This document shows, piece after piece, positions 39,411-51,477 of a stretch of 64,000 bases of DNA. A program made the position numbers and the translations under genes. Numbering within the stretch: position 1 is the first letter of the stretch; every line of letters begins with the position of its first letter. The stretch is from NCBI GenBank assembly GCA_963783305.1, contig CAWAMW010000007.1, forward strand, positions 576,001-640,000, given 5' to 3'. Origin of the DNA: an uncultured Gemmatimonadales bacterium (GTDB lineage: Bacteria > Gemmatimonadota > Gemmatimonadetes > Longimicrobiales > RSA9). Under the pieces are notes generated by a model that searched no databases, had not been told where the DNA came from, and saw only the letters and a list, made by a program, of their open reading frames with translations.

Positions 39411-39965
39411 TCAGAACTCGATCTCGAGGTTCTCGCCGGTGCTGCCGAAGACCTCGATGTCGGTCATGGCCTCATTGGCGCGGAAGCCGGTTCCCTCCAG
39501 CTTCGTGTCGCCCTGGTACATGACGGTGGCCACATCGCTCCACACGCGGCCACTGCGAGGATCGTAGTGCAGCTCCTCCGTGAGCAGCCGCCGCTGGTCC
39601 TTTTCCGTGACCAGGACGACGTTGCCGCGGGCGACCATCTTGTTGGTGTTGGAGTCCAGCTCGCCCTCGTCGGCTGTGAGGTGCGCGGTCCGCGCGCCGT
39701 TCTCGTCGTAGAGCGTGACCTCCACGGGGAACATGAGCGTGCGCGCCGAGTCCTCCCAGATGTAGGCGGTATCGGCGTGGATCCGCGCCCGCAGGGAGCC
39801 GAGGTCCTTGATGTCCGTGTCCAGCTGCTGGACGACGTGGTCGGCCGGCAGGTCCCGGAACGCACGCTCCGCCACCGGGTCGTCCCCATCGGCGCACGCG
39901 GCGCCCAGGCCCACGAGCAGCGTCGCCAGCCATACCCGCCCTGTCCTGGTGGTCTCCAGCCTCAT
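39411..39965 (-). CDS. lptC: LPS export protein LptC
   Basis: L.A..A, L.ADEG, A.GNV, L.TEELHYD, G.GF; LGAAC lipobox-like signal; position in the kds-lpt operon. Confidence 0.82.
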   Translation of the reverse strand: MRLETTRTGRVWLATLLVGLGAACADGDDPVAERAFRDLPADHVVQQLDTDIKDLGSLRARIHADTAYIWEDSARTLMFPVEVTLYDENGARTAHLTADEGELDSNTNKMVARGNVVLVTEKDQRRLLTEELHYDPRSGRVWSDVATVMYQGDTKLEGTGFRANEAMTDIEVFGSTGENLEIEF

Positions 39966-39999
39966 TCCGAATCCCCGATCCACATTCCCCTCGATCCGC

Positions 40000-41007
40000 T
40001 CAGACGGCGCCTGCCCGCATCAGGTCGTGCAGGTGCACGACCCCCAGCAAACGCCCCTCCTCCACCACCGGCAGCGCCATGATGCCGTGGGTCTCCATCT
40101 GGTACACCGCGGCGGACCCCAGTGCGTCGGGCTCAACGACCTTGGGCGACCGGTTCATCACCGCGGTGAGAGGCACATCAAAGACGTTCGCCTCGCGCTC
40201 CATGAGCCGTGTCAGGTCGCCCGCCGTGACCACGCCCAGCACCTCTTCGTCGTCGCCCACGACCACCACTGTGCCGCGCTTCTCCGCCAGGAGCACGACG
40301 CAGCGCCGCATGTCGTCGTCGGGCCGCAGCCTGGGAAGGTCGGCCGGGTCCTGGACCATCACGTCCCTCACGCGCAGCGTGAGCTTTCGCCCGAGCGCGC
40401 CGCCAGGGTGCAGCCGGGCGAAGTCTTCGGCCCCGAACCCTTTCCGGAGCAGCAGCGCCACGGCGAGGGCGTCGCCCATGGCGAGCGTGACCGTCGTGGA
40501 CGTGGTGGGCGCCAGGTCCATGGGGCAGGCCTCCTCCTGCACCGAGCAATCCAGCACCACGGTCGCCGCGCGTCCCAGCGAGGAGGCCAGGCGGCCGGTC
40601 ATCCCGATCATGGATACACCGGAACGACTCAGGAATTCCACGAGCCCCGAAAGCTCGGAGGTCTCGCCGCTCTTCGATATGAGGATGGCGACATCATCGC
40701 GCCCCACGATCCCGAGATCGCCGTGCAGCCCTTCCACCGGGTGGAGGAACATGGCGGGGGTGCCCGTGGATGTCAGTGTAGCCGCGATCTTCCGACCGAT
40801 GATCCCGCTCTTCCCCACCCCGCACACCACCACCCGGCCGCTGGCGTGAGCGATGATCCGCACGGCCTCGAGGAACGCCTCGCCGATCCGCTCCTCGAGC
40901 GCGGCCACCGCCGTGGCTTCCGCCCGGATCACCGCCCTGGCGCGCCGCACCAGCTCCGTCTCGTCGGTGAGGGGTCCGTCGGCAAAGCCCAGCTCCCCGG
41001 CGCTCAT
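40000..41007 (-). CDS. kdsD: Arabinose-5-phosphate isomerase (KpsF/GutQ family)
   Basis: GVGKSG..GRK.AAT..STGTP, HGDLG, SKSGET, PTTSTT, HPGG.LG plus CBS pair. Confidence 0.95.
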   Translation of the reverse strand: MSAGELGFADGPLTDETELVRRARAVIRAEATAVAALEERIGEAFLEAVRIIAHASGRVVVCGVGKSGIIGRKIAATLTSTGTPAMFLHPVEGLHGDLGIVGRDDVAILISKSGETSELSGLVEFLSRSGVSMIGMTGRLASSLGRAATVVLDCSVQEEACPMDLAPTTSTTVTLAMGDALAVALLLRKGFGAEDFARLHPGGALGRKLTLRVRDVMVQDPADLPRLRPDDDMRRCVVLLAEKRGTVVVVGDDEEVLGVVTAGDLTRLMEREANVFDVPLTAVMNRSPKVVEPDALGSAAVYQMETHGIMALPVVEEGRLLGVVHLHDLMRAGAV

Positions 41008-41593
41008 GCCGGTTCGAGGTGGTCGAGGATGTCGCCGCCCGCCTCGCGGGATCGGCAGTACGCGTCCACCAGCCGGGGCCACTCGCCGCGCGCCTTGAGC
41101 AGCGCCTCCGCAAACTCGCGCACGGCACCTCTGCCGCCGGGGACGCTCGTGGTCCAGCGCGCCTCGGCGTGCAGCTCCGCCGCGGCGTTCGCCACGGCCA
41201 CCGGGAACCCCGCCCTGCGCATGACGGGCAGGTCGGCCAGGTCGTCGGCGACCATGGCCAGCGACTCCCACCCCGCGCCCGCCTCCTCCAGCACCTCCTC
41301 CACGGCGGCCATCTTGTAGCCGCCCGCGATCTGCCGGACCGGCACATCCAGCTCGCTCGCCCGGAGGTCCGTGGCCGGGGATTCCCGTCCGCTCACCAGC
41401 TCCACGTGCAGCCCCGCCCAGATCAGCATCCGGATCCCGAGGCCGTCCATGATGTCGAAGCGCTTCAGCTCCACGCGCTCGCCTCCGGCCGTGGCGCCGA
41501 TATACACGCCGTTGTCCGTCAGCACGCCGTCCACGTCCAGCACAACCACGCGAACGGCGCGAGCGAGCTCAGCCGGTATCGGAGTCGGCCGCG

Positions 41594-41597
<4 letters not shown>
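41004..41597 (-). CDS. kdsC: KDO 8-phosphate phosphatase (HAD family)
   Basis: DVDGVLTD, DG.G, SGR, DD..D, GGRGAVRE. Confidence 0.92.
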
Positions 41598-44217
<2,620 letters not shown>

Positions 44218-44982
44218 TCATTTCACCGTCCTTTCGCCGGCCAGCCGATCCGCGGCCCGGCGCGCGTCTTCCGGTGTGTCTATGCCCCCTTCGGCGGCCG
44301 CCACCACGGCGACCCCGATGCTGAGTCCTGCGGCCAGGGGCCGGAGCTGCTCCAGGCGCTCGGCTCCCTCCAGCTCAGACGGGGGAAGCGCCACCCACCG
44401 CTCGAGTGCCTCGGGTGAGTAGGCGTATACGCCAATATGCCGGAGAAAGCGGTCCGACGCGAGGTCCGATGCGTCGGGCTCCGCGTCCCGCACATGCGGG
44501 ATCGGCGCGCGTGAAAAGTACAACGCTCCGCCCGCATCGTTCCGGACGACCTTGACGACCGACGGATCGAGCCATGCCGAGCGGGTCTCCACGGCCGAAG
44601 CCACCGTCCCCACATCCCAGCCGTCCCTGACCCGCTCCACGGCCCCGCGCACATGCTCCTCGAGCACGAACGGCTCATCGCCCTGGATGTTCACGACCAC
44701 GCCCGTTCCCGAGAACTCCGGTCGTCTCGCCACCTCCGCCACCCGCTCGGTTCCGGAGCCGTGCTCCACCCCGGTCAATGTCACCTCGGCACCCGCCGCC
44801 CGGCACGCTTCGGCGACCTCCTCGCTGTCCGTCGCCACCAGGACCTGGTCGAGGATCGAGAAGCCGCTCGCGCGGCGCCAGACCCACTCGATGAGCGGCC
44901 GGCCGGCGAGCACGTGGAGCGGCTTGCGCGGCAGGCGCGCCGAGCCCAGCCGTGCCGGGATCACGCCCAGAACGCGGCTCAA
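44218..44982 (-). CDS. kdsB: CMP-KDO synthetase
   Basis: IPARLGS.RLP.KPL, ATD, SGTER, NIQGDEP, LYFSR, H.G.YAY, E.LEQLR; TTG start overlaps the upstream stop. Confidence 0.93.
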   Translation of the reverse strand: MSRVLGVIPARLGSARLPRKPLHVLAGRPLIEWVWRRASGFSILDQVLVATDSEEVAEACRAAGAEVTLTGVEHGSGTERVAEVARRPEFSGTGVVVNIQGDEPFVLEEHVRGAVERVRDGWDVGTVASAVETRSAWLDPSVVKVVRNDAGGALYFSRAPIPHVRDAEPDASDLASDRFLRHIGVYAYSPEALERWVALPPSELEGAERLEQLRPLAAGLSIGVAVVAAAEGGIDTPEDARRAADRLAGERTVK

Positions 44983-46499
44983 CGGCGCTCCCACGGGAAC
45001 ACCGTTCCGAACGGCATGCTCAGCCCCACGTCGAGCTTGTTGTTGTCGAGGTCGGCCGGCTCCACCATGTAGCGGAAGTAGACGGCAAAGAACTGGAGAC
45101 GCGCGCCCACCTCCTGCCGCAGCGAGGAATCCTCCTCGTCGCTCCACGCCATTCCGGTAGCGTGGATGAGCTGCAGCTCGGGCGCGCCCACGATCGGCAG
45201 CGCCACGCGGTCCGGGAACGGCACGATGTACTTCGTCTCGACGAACACGACCCGATCCCCCCGGAAAGCGGCGAGCTCCACCGTCTGAAGAGTCCCCGAC
45301 CCCCCTACGAAGCTCCACTCCTGCCGAGGCAGCGCATCGCCCCCGAGCGGCTGTTGTACGAAGAACTCGATCTCCAGCGTGTGGTTGGCCAGCGCGTGCA
45401 TCGCCCAGTCGCCCCGCGCCGAGATCCGGTCGAAGTCGAAATCGCCCTCCAGCCAGCTCCGCGCGGCCTCGTACTCGATCCCGCCCTGGAAGGCCGTCTG
45501 CTGCCCCAGCCACTCCACGCCCACGCTCCCGATCAGGCTCGTGGTGCGGCCCGCGTCGATCGACGGATTCGGACGCGGCTCCCCGCTAAGCAGGTGCCAC
45601 GGATCATCGCCCGGAAGCGATGTGGCGTCCTCCAGCTGGGCGCGGATGCCGTACGACCCGGCCAGGCTCTTTTCGAGATCGCCGAACTCCCTGCGCATTC
45701 CCACCCAGCTCCGGTCGACCTCGAAGTAGTCGCGCAGGTCATCACCGTCCCACGCGTAGTTGAGGGCGTTCTTCAGGTCGCCACGAATCCAGTCGTCGTT
45801 CGTGGCCCATCCCTCATAGTAGCCCCCTTCCAGGATGGTGCCGAAGCGCCGCAGCTCGGCCGAAACGGCGAACGTGGGCTCGCCGATCTCCGTCCGCCAC
45901 CCGGCGCGACCGTGAATGGACGGGGTGACCTCCTCCACCATGGGCAGGGTGTAGCGGGCGCCCACCACGGCCGTGATCCCGTTCACCCGGTCGTAGGTCG
46001 GGGGGGCGAGGCCGTAGAAGCCGTCCAGAACGAGCGGTGAAGGCGAGTCGGACGCCACGATCACCAGCCGATCCTGCTCCCGCTCCACTCGATAGGCAGC
46101 GGTCGGCAGGTCCAGGATCACGCCACCGACTCTCGCCAGCTCCGAGCGGTAGAGGCCACCGGCCACGTTGACCAGATCGCCGCCGACCACCGCCCCGGGC
46201 CGCACGAAGGCGCCCGCGTCCACCAGTACCAGGTCGCCCGTGATCACGCCCTCCAGGATCAGCGTGGCGTCGAGGACCAGAACCGGGCCCCGGACCGTGT
46301 CGCCCCGCGCAATGGCGGTGTCGCTGGCCAGGACGAGCGGCTCCCCGTCCAGCAGCCGCGAGAGCCGTCGATCCACGGCCACGTCGGAGGCGCCCCGCGT
46401 CACCACGATGGTGGGACGCTGCGCCTCGATCTCGCCGGTCCCCGGGAGCAGGAGGGCGAGGCCCATGATCAGCGCGGCCGGCCCGCGGAGCGCCCTCAC
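44979..46499 (-). CDS. Secreted protein with N-terminal beta-helix-like repeats and probable C-terminal outer-membrane barrel
   Basis: Signal peptide; GPVLVL/GDLVLV/GDLVNVAG repeats; YDRVNG; aromatic-rich alternating strands; VGG.GTL loop; GTG start overlaps the trpG stop. Confidence 0.55.
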   Translation of the reverse strand: MRALRGPAALIMGLALLLPGTGEIEAQRPTIVVTRGASDVAVDRRLSRLLDGEPLVLASDTAIARGDTVRGPVLVLDATLILEGVITGDLVLVDAGAFVRPGAVVGGDLVNVAGGLYRSELARVGGVILDLPTAAYRVEREQDRLVIVASDSPSPLVLDGFYGLAPPTYDRVNGITAVVGARYTLPMVEEVTPSIHGRAGWRTEIGEPTFAVSAELRRFGTILEGGYYEGWATNDDWIRGDLKNALNYAWDGDDLRDYFEVDRSWVGMRREFGDLEKSLAGSYGIRAQLEDATSLPGDDPWHLLSGEPRPNPSIDAGRTTSLIGSVGVEWLGQQTAFQGGIEYEAARSWLEGDFDFDRISARGDWAMHALANHTLEIEFFVQQPLGGDALPRQEWSFVGGSGTLQTVELAAFRGDRVVFVETKYIVPFPDRVALPIVGAPELQLIHATGMAWSDEEDSSLRQEVGARLQFFAVYFRYMVEPADLDNNKLDVGLSMPFGTVFPWERR

Positions 46500-47077
46500 G
46501 CCTGCATCTCCATGAAATTGCGAACCAGCCGCTCCCCGTGCTCGCTCGCCACCGACTCCGGGTGGAATTGAACACCCCAGACGGGGTGAGCCCGGTGGCG
46601 CACGGCCTGGATCTCGTCCTCCCACCCCGACTCGTCGGTCCACGCCACCACCTCGAGCTCGGCGGGGACCGTATCGGGGTCGATGACCAGCGAGTGGTAG
46701 CGCGTCATGGAGACGGGGGCCGGGATTCCCTGGAACAGCCCCTCCCCCCCGTGCGCCACGGGCGAGACCTTGCCGTGCATGAGCCGCCGCGCGCGCACGA
46801 CGCGCGCACCGTACGCCACCCCAATGGCCTGATGGCCGAGGCAGACGCCCAGCACCGGTATCCGCGGGCCGAACTCCCGGATCACGTCCACGCTGATCCC
46901 TGCCTCGGCGGGTGTGCAGGGCCCGGGCGAGACCACGATCCGCTCGGGCGCCATGGCCTCGATGTCGGCCAGGCCGACCTCGTCGTTTCGCCGCACTTCC
47001 ACATCCGCGCCCAGCCCGCCGAGCAGTTGGACCAGGTTGAAGGTGAAGGAATCGTAATTATCGATGACCAGGATCAT
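46496..47077 (-). CDS. Anthranilate/aminodeoxychorismate synthase glutamine amidotransferase subunit (TrpG/PabA)
   Basis: IDNYDSFT.N, SPGP, GVCLGHQ, RYHSL, QFHPES. Confidence 0.95.
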   Translation of the reverse strand: MILVIDNYDSFTFNLVQLLGGLGADVEVRRNDEVGLADIEAMAPERIVVSPGPCTPAEAGISVDVIREFGPRIPVLGVCLGHQAIGVAYGARVVRARRLMHGKVSPVAHGGEGLFQGIPAPVSMTRYHSLVIDPDTVPAELEVVAWTDESGWEDEIQAVRHRAHPVWGVQFHPESVASEHGERLVRNFMEMQA

Positions 47078-47970
47078 GATCGGGGATGATAGCGTCGGTG
47101 GACGTCGCGCAGATAGTCCCTGTCCACGTGCGTGTAGATCTGGGTCGTGGAGATGTCGGCATGCCCGAGCATCTCCTGTACCGCTGCCAGGTCCGCGCCG
47201 CCCTCCAGGAGGTGTGTGGCGAACGTGTGTCGGAGTGTGTGCGGGGTGACCTTCCGAGTGATTCCGGCCCGTTCCACGTGCTTCCGCAGGATCTTCCAGA
47301 CTCCCATCCGGGTCAGCGGCGCCCCGCGGGCGTTCAGGAAGAGCACCCCCTCGCTGGCGGCGCCGCTCCCCTGCTCCAGACGCCCTCTGAGCTCTCGCAG
47401 GTAGACGCCGATGGCGCGCACGGCGGCGCCTCCCACCGGGACCAGTCGCTCCACCGAGCCCTTGCCGTGGACGGTGGCGAAGCCCTCCTCGAGGTCCACG
47501 TCCCGCACCCTCACTCCGGTCAGCTCGCTGACGCGCACGCCCGACGCGTACGCAAACTCCAGGATGGCGCGGTCGCGCCAGTACAGACGGTGCCCCTGGT
47601 CGGGCGCCTCGAGGAGCCGGTCGACCTCCGCGCGCCCGAGCACGTCGGGCAGGCGTCGCCAGGTCTTCGGCGGCTCCAGCTGTTCGCTGGGGTCCGCGTC
47701 GATGAGCCCCTCCGCCAGCAGGAACCCGAAGTAGGTGCGGATCCCCGAGAGCGTCCTCCGGATGGAGGTGGGCGCGAGGCCCTGGTCGCGAAGGTGATAG
47801 GTGAACTCGCGCAGGTCGATGGGTGTGGCCGCCCCGGGGTCGTCGATTCCGCGCGCTCGCAGGAAGCCCTCGAGGCGTGCGGTATCGCGGGCGTACGCGT
47901 CGAGGGTGCGAGGGCTCAGACCCCGCTCGAAGCTGAGATAGTCGTCGAACCGTTCGAGGTCGAAGCTCAC
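47074..47970 (-). CDS. xerD: Site-specific tyrosine recombinase XerD
   Basis: ERGLS..TL.AY..D, RD.A.LE..YASG.RVSEL, GKG..ER.VP, TPHTLRHTFATHLL.GGADL, LGHADISTTQIYTH. Start GTG 47970. Confidence 0.9.
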   Translation of the reverse strand: MSFDLERFDDYLSFERGLSPRTLDAYARDTARLEGFLRARGIDDPGAATPIDLREFTYHLRDQGLAPTSIRRTLSGIRTYFGFLLAEGLIDADPSEQLEPPKTWRRLPDVLGRAEVDRLLEAPDQGHRLYWRDRAILEFAYASGVRVSELTGVRVRDVDLEEGFATVHGKGSVERLVPVGGAAVRAIGVYLRELRGRLEQGSGAASEGVLFLNARGAPLTRMGVWKILRKHVERAGITRKVTPHTLRHTFATHLLEGGADLAAVQEMLGHADISTTQIYTHVDRDYLRDVHRRYHPRS

Positions 47971-48590
47971 GGCTCCTCCTCGTGATGGCGCGTCCGCCAC
48001 CACCAGACCGCAGCCGCCGCGACGAAGACCAGCGCTACGATGAGCAGCACCTCGTTCACGCTCTCGAAGAGGGCCATGATCGCCTGGAGGTTCCGGCCCA
48101 TGAACGCCCCCAGGTACACCAGCATGCCGTACCAGAGCGCCGACGCCATCACCACGGGTGGGACCACCTTCCAGCCGGACATTCCCGACACGCCGGCGAA
48201 CACCGGCACCATGGCGCGCCACGCGGGCAGGAACCGGCTCATGAAGATGGCCGGGACCCCGAACCGCTGATAAAACCCGCCGATCTGGTCGAGCTGGTGC
48301 TCCCGGAGGAGCCAGCGAGCGAGGGGCATGGTGAAGAACCCCCGTCCATAGCGTCGGGCCACGGCGAAAACGCCCACCGCCGACGTCACATTGAGGATCC
48401 ACGTGGCCAGGAAAACCAGCCAGGGATTCGCGGCGCCGCGAGCCGCCAGCAGCGCGCCGGCCAGGACGAAGGTGTCGGCAGGGATGGGCGGAACGATGTT
48501 CTCCACGGCCGCGCCGAGGCCGAGGATCAGGTAGAGGAGGAAGGGCGGCAACCGGGTGAGGGCGTTGAGCATCTCCAGGATCGTGGACAC
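47967..48590 (-). CDS. DedA family membrane protein
   Basis: EN..PPIP.D, .R.YG, .F.SRFLP..R....AG motifs. Confidence 0.9.
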   Translation of the reverse strand: MSTILEMLNALTRLPPFLLYLILGLGAAVENIVPPIPADTFVLAGALLAARGAANPWLVFLATWILNVTSAVGVFAVARRYGRGFFTMPLARWLLREHQLDQIGGFYQRFGVPAIFMSRFLPAWRAMVPVFAGVSGMSGWKVVPPVVMASALWYGMLVYLGAFMGRNLQAIMALFESVNEVLLIVALVFVAAAAVWWWRTRHHEEEP

Positions 48591-48599
48591 GAGTCGTCC

Positions 48600-49076
48600 T
48601 CAGCCCTCCTCTATGGTGGCCACGGCCATGCAGGCGATCCCTTCGCCGCGTCCCACCCATCCCATTCCCTCGTTCGTGGTTCCCTTCACCGATACGGCGC
48701 TCCGTGGCAGCGCGAGCGCCTGCGCCAGCCGCTCGCGCATGGCGTCCACGTGCGGCCGGATCCGGGGCGCCTCGCAGATCACCGTAACATCCACGTTCAC
48801 GGGCCGGTGCCCCGTCTCGGCCAGCAGCGCCACCGACCTCTGCAGGAGACCGATGGAGTCGGCGCCCGACCAGCGCTCGTCGTCGGGCGGAAAGTGCGCC
48901 CCAATGTCCCCGAGCGCCGCGGCGCCCAGGAGCGCGTCCGTTACGGCGTGCGCCACCACGTCCGCGTCCGAATGACCAGCAAGCCCCTGCGGGTGCGGGA
49001 TCTCGACGCCGGCCAGGATGAGCCGCCGACCCCGGGCGAACCGGTGTGAGTCGTATCCGATGCCTGACCGCATCAC
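48600..49076 (-). CDS. ispF: 2-C-methyl-D-erythritol 2,4-cyclodiphosphate synthase
   Basis: G.GYDSH, GHSDADV..HA..DALLGA, GDIG.HFP, K.TT.E. Confidence 0.96.
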   Translation of the reverse strand: MMRSGIGYDSHRFARGRRLILAGVEIPHPQGLAGHSDADVVAHAVTDALLGAAALGDIGAHFPPDDERWSGADSIGLLQRSVALLAETGHRPVNVDVTVICEAPRIRPHVDAMRERLAQALALPRSAVSVKGTTNEGMGWVGRGEGIACMAVATIEEG

Positions 49077-49094
49077 CTTCTCCCCATTAAATGG

Positions 49095-49125
49095 AAACCG
49101 GGAGCAACGGTGCGTCGCTCCCGGT
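49095..49125 (-). terminator. Putative intrinsic terminator after fabF
   Basis: Minus strand ACCGGGAGCGACG-CAC-CGTTGCTCCCGGT followed by TTCCATTT. Confidence 0.55.
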
Positions 49126-49167
49126 CCACCGCGGCTGGCGGCGCGTCCCCGTCAGGGTCGTCCGTCG

Positions 49168-50439
49168 CTAGTCCTCCCATCGCCGGATGGCGAGGCACAC
49201 GTTGTGACCGCCGAACCCGAACGAGTTCGTCAGCGCCACGCGCACGTCCCGCTCGCGCCGCTCGTTGTGCGCGTAATCCAGGTCGCACTCCGGATCGGGA
49301 GTCTCGAAGTTGATCGTGGGTGGGATCACCCCGTGCTTCGTGACAAGCGCGGCGATGATCCCCTCCACACCGCCCGCCGCGCCGAGCAGGTGGCCGGTCA
49401 TGGACTTGGTGGACCCCATGACCAGGTCCCGCGCCGCATCGCCGAACACCCCTTTCACCGCCAGCGTCTCGTTCAGATCGTTTGCCGGGGTGGACGTGCC
49501 GTGGGCGTTGATGTAGTCCACATCACCGGGCGCGATCGCGCCGTCCTCCATCGCCCGACGCATGGCGATCTGGGCGCCCGCTCCGTGCGGCGCCGGCGCC
49601 GTCATGTGATACGCGTCTGCGCTCTGGCCGTAGCCCACCACCTCCGCCAGGATGTCGGCACCCCGGTTCAGCGCGTGCTCCAGCGACTCCAGCACGACCG
49701 CTCCCGCGCCCTCACCCAGAACGAAACCATCCCGCCCCGCATCGAACGGCCGGCTCGCCTTCTCCGGCGCATCGTTGCGCGTGGACAGCGCCTTCATGTT
49801 GGAGAAGCCCGCAATGGCCAGCGGCGTCACGGAAGCCTCCGTCCCGCCCGTGATCATCACATCGACCTCGCCGTCCTGGATCAGACGGAACGAGTTGCCC
49901 ACCGCGTGCGCGCTCGAGGCGCACGCCGAGACCGTGGCGTAGTTCGGCCCCTTGGCGCCGTAGCGCATCGACACGAGACCCGCCGCCATGTCCGGTATGA
50001 ACATGGGCACGAAGAAGGGGCTCACCCGGCGGGGGCCCTTCTCCAGCATGTTGCGCGTCTGCTCCTCGAACGTGGCGATCCCGCCGATGCCGCTGCCGAG
50101 GATCACTCCCACGCGCTCCGGGTCCGCGGGCCCGAGGTCATCGCCCAGACCGGAATCCTGCACGGCCTGGACGGAGGCCGCCATGGCCAACTGGGCGAAC
50201 CGGTCCGCGCGACGGGCCTCCTTGCGATCCATGTACTGCTCAGGGTCGAACCCCTTCACCTCGCAGGCGAACCGGACGTCGAACGCCTCGGTCGCGTCAA
50301 AGTGGGTGATGGGGGCCGCGCCGCTGGTCCCGGCCAGCAGCGCGTCCCAGGAGCTCTTCACGTCGTTGCCGACAGGCGTCACCAGGCCGAGGCCCGTGAT
50401 GACGACCCGGTTGCGGCCGTTCGAGGTCCGTGTCTCCAT
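49168..50439 (-). CDS. fabF: 3-oxoacyl-ACP synthase II
   Basis: RVVITGLG, SACAS, INAHGTST, KSMTGH, NSFGFGG. Confidence 0.97.
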   Translation of the reverse strand: METRTSNGRNRVVITGLGLVTPVGNDVKSSWDALLAGTSGAAPITHFDATEAFDVRFACEVKGFDPEQYMDRKEARRADRFAQLAMAASVQAVQDSGLGDDLGPADPERVGVILGSGIGGIATFEEQTRNMLEKGPRRVSPFFVPMFIPDMAAGLVSMRYGAKGPNYATVSACASSAHAVGNSFRLIQDGEVDVMITGGTEASVTPLAIAGFSNMKALSTRNDAPEKASRPFDAGRDGFVLGEGAGAVVLESLEHALNRGADILAEVVGYGQSADAYHMTAPAPHGAGAQIAMRRAMEDGAIAPGDVDYINAHGTSTPANDLNETLAVKGVFGDAARDLVMGSTKSMTGHLLGAAGGVEGIIAALVTKHGVIPPTINFETPDPECDLDYAHNERRERDVRVALTNSFGFGGHNVCLAIRRWED

Positions 50440-50448
50440 CAGTCGCGC

Positions 50449-50691
50449 TTACGCGCCCTCGTGCTCCTGGATGTACTTGATGGCGTCCCCCACCGTCTGG
50501 AGCTGCTCGGCGTCCTCATCCGGGATCTCCATGCCGAATTCCTCCTCGAAGGCCATGACCAGCTCCACCGTGTCGAGCGAGTCGGCGCCCAGATCCTCGA
50601 CGAACGAGGCCTCCGGCGTCACCTTCTCTGCCTCGACGCCCAGCTCGTTCACGATGATCTCTTTGACCTTCGCCTCAGTGTTCTCCGCCAT
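50449..50691 (-). CDS. acpP: Acyl carrier protein
   Basis: [20 protein letters not shown]. Confidence 0.98.
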   Translation of the reverse strand: MAENTEAKVKEIIVNELGVEAEKVTPEASFVEDLGADSLDTVELVMAFEEEFGMEIPDEDAEQLQTVGDAIKYIQEHEGA

Positions 50692-50730
50692 CCTGTCCTC
50701 TCCAGTTGATTGTAGGGGGTGTCCAGCGAC

Positions 50731-51477
50731 TCAGATTACCATCCCGCCATCCACGACCAGCACCTGACCGGTCATGTAGGCCGCATCGGGGCCCGCAAGG
50801 AACGCGACCACACCGGCCACGTCCTCCGCCGATCCCAGGCGGCCCAGGGCGATCTGCTCCTGCAGCGCCTCGCGCGCCGCGTCGGTGAGATCGGACGTCA
50901 TGTCCGTCTCGATGAACCCCGGCGCCACCGCATTGCACAGCACGTTCCGCGACGACAATTCCTTGGCCACGGACTTCGTCAGCCCGACGAGTCCGGCCTT
51001 GGACGCTGCGTAGTTTACCTGTCCACGGTTGCCGGTCAAGCCGACCACGCTCGTGATGTTGATGATCCGACCGCTCCGGCGCTTCATCATGCCGCGCGCG
51101 GCCGCCCGGATGACCTGGAACGACCCCTTGAGGTTCGTGTCCAGCACCGCGTCCCAGTCCTCATCGGCCAGTCGGACGAGTATGTTGTCCTTGGTGATCC
51201 CGGCGTTGTTGACCAGGATGTCCAGCGAGCCCAGCTCACTCTCGATCCGCTTGACCAGCGCGTCCACGGCCGCGCGGTCGGCCACATCGCAGGCGGCGCC
51301 CAGGTGCCCGGTGCCCGGCAGCTCGGCGGCCACCGCCGAGGCGCTCTCCTCGGAGCGCGACGTCACCACCACCCGTGCGCCGTCCCGCGCGAGCCGCTCG
51401 GCGATCACGCGGCCGATCCCACGGCTCCCGCCCGTGACGAGCGCAACCTGCCCTCCCAGCACCTGCTCCATGGCCAT
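50731..51477 (-). CDS. fabG: 3-oxoacyl-ACP reductase
   Basis: TGGSRGIG, NNAGIT.D, NYAASKAG, PGFI.TDM; start overlaps the fabD stop (TGATG). Confidence 0.96.
   Translation of the reverse strand: MAMEQVLGGQVALVTGGSRGIGRVIAERLARDGARVVVTSRSEESASAVAAELPGTGHLGAACDVADRAAVDALVKRIESELGSLDILVNNAGITKDNILVRLADEDWDAVLDTNLKGSFQVIRAAARGMMKRRSGRIINITSVVGLTGNRGQVNYAASKAGLVGLTKSVAKELSSRNVLCNAVAPGFIETDMTSDLTDAAREALQEQIALGRLGSAEDVAGVVAFLAGPDAAYMTGQVLVVDGGMVI

Noticed and set aside
47074..47970. Tyrosine recombinase as a phage or integron integrase
   Set aside because: Motifs and ~298-aa length fit housekeeping XerD, and it overlaps core genes on both sides.
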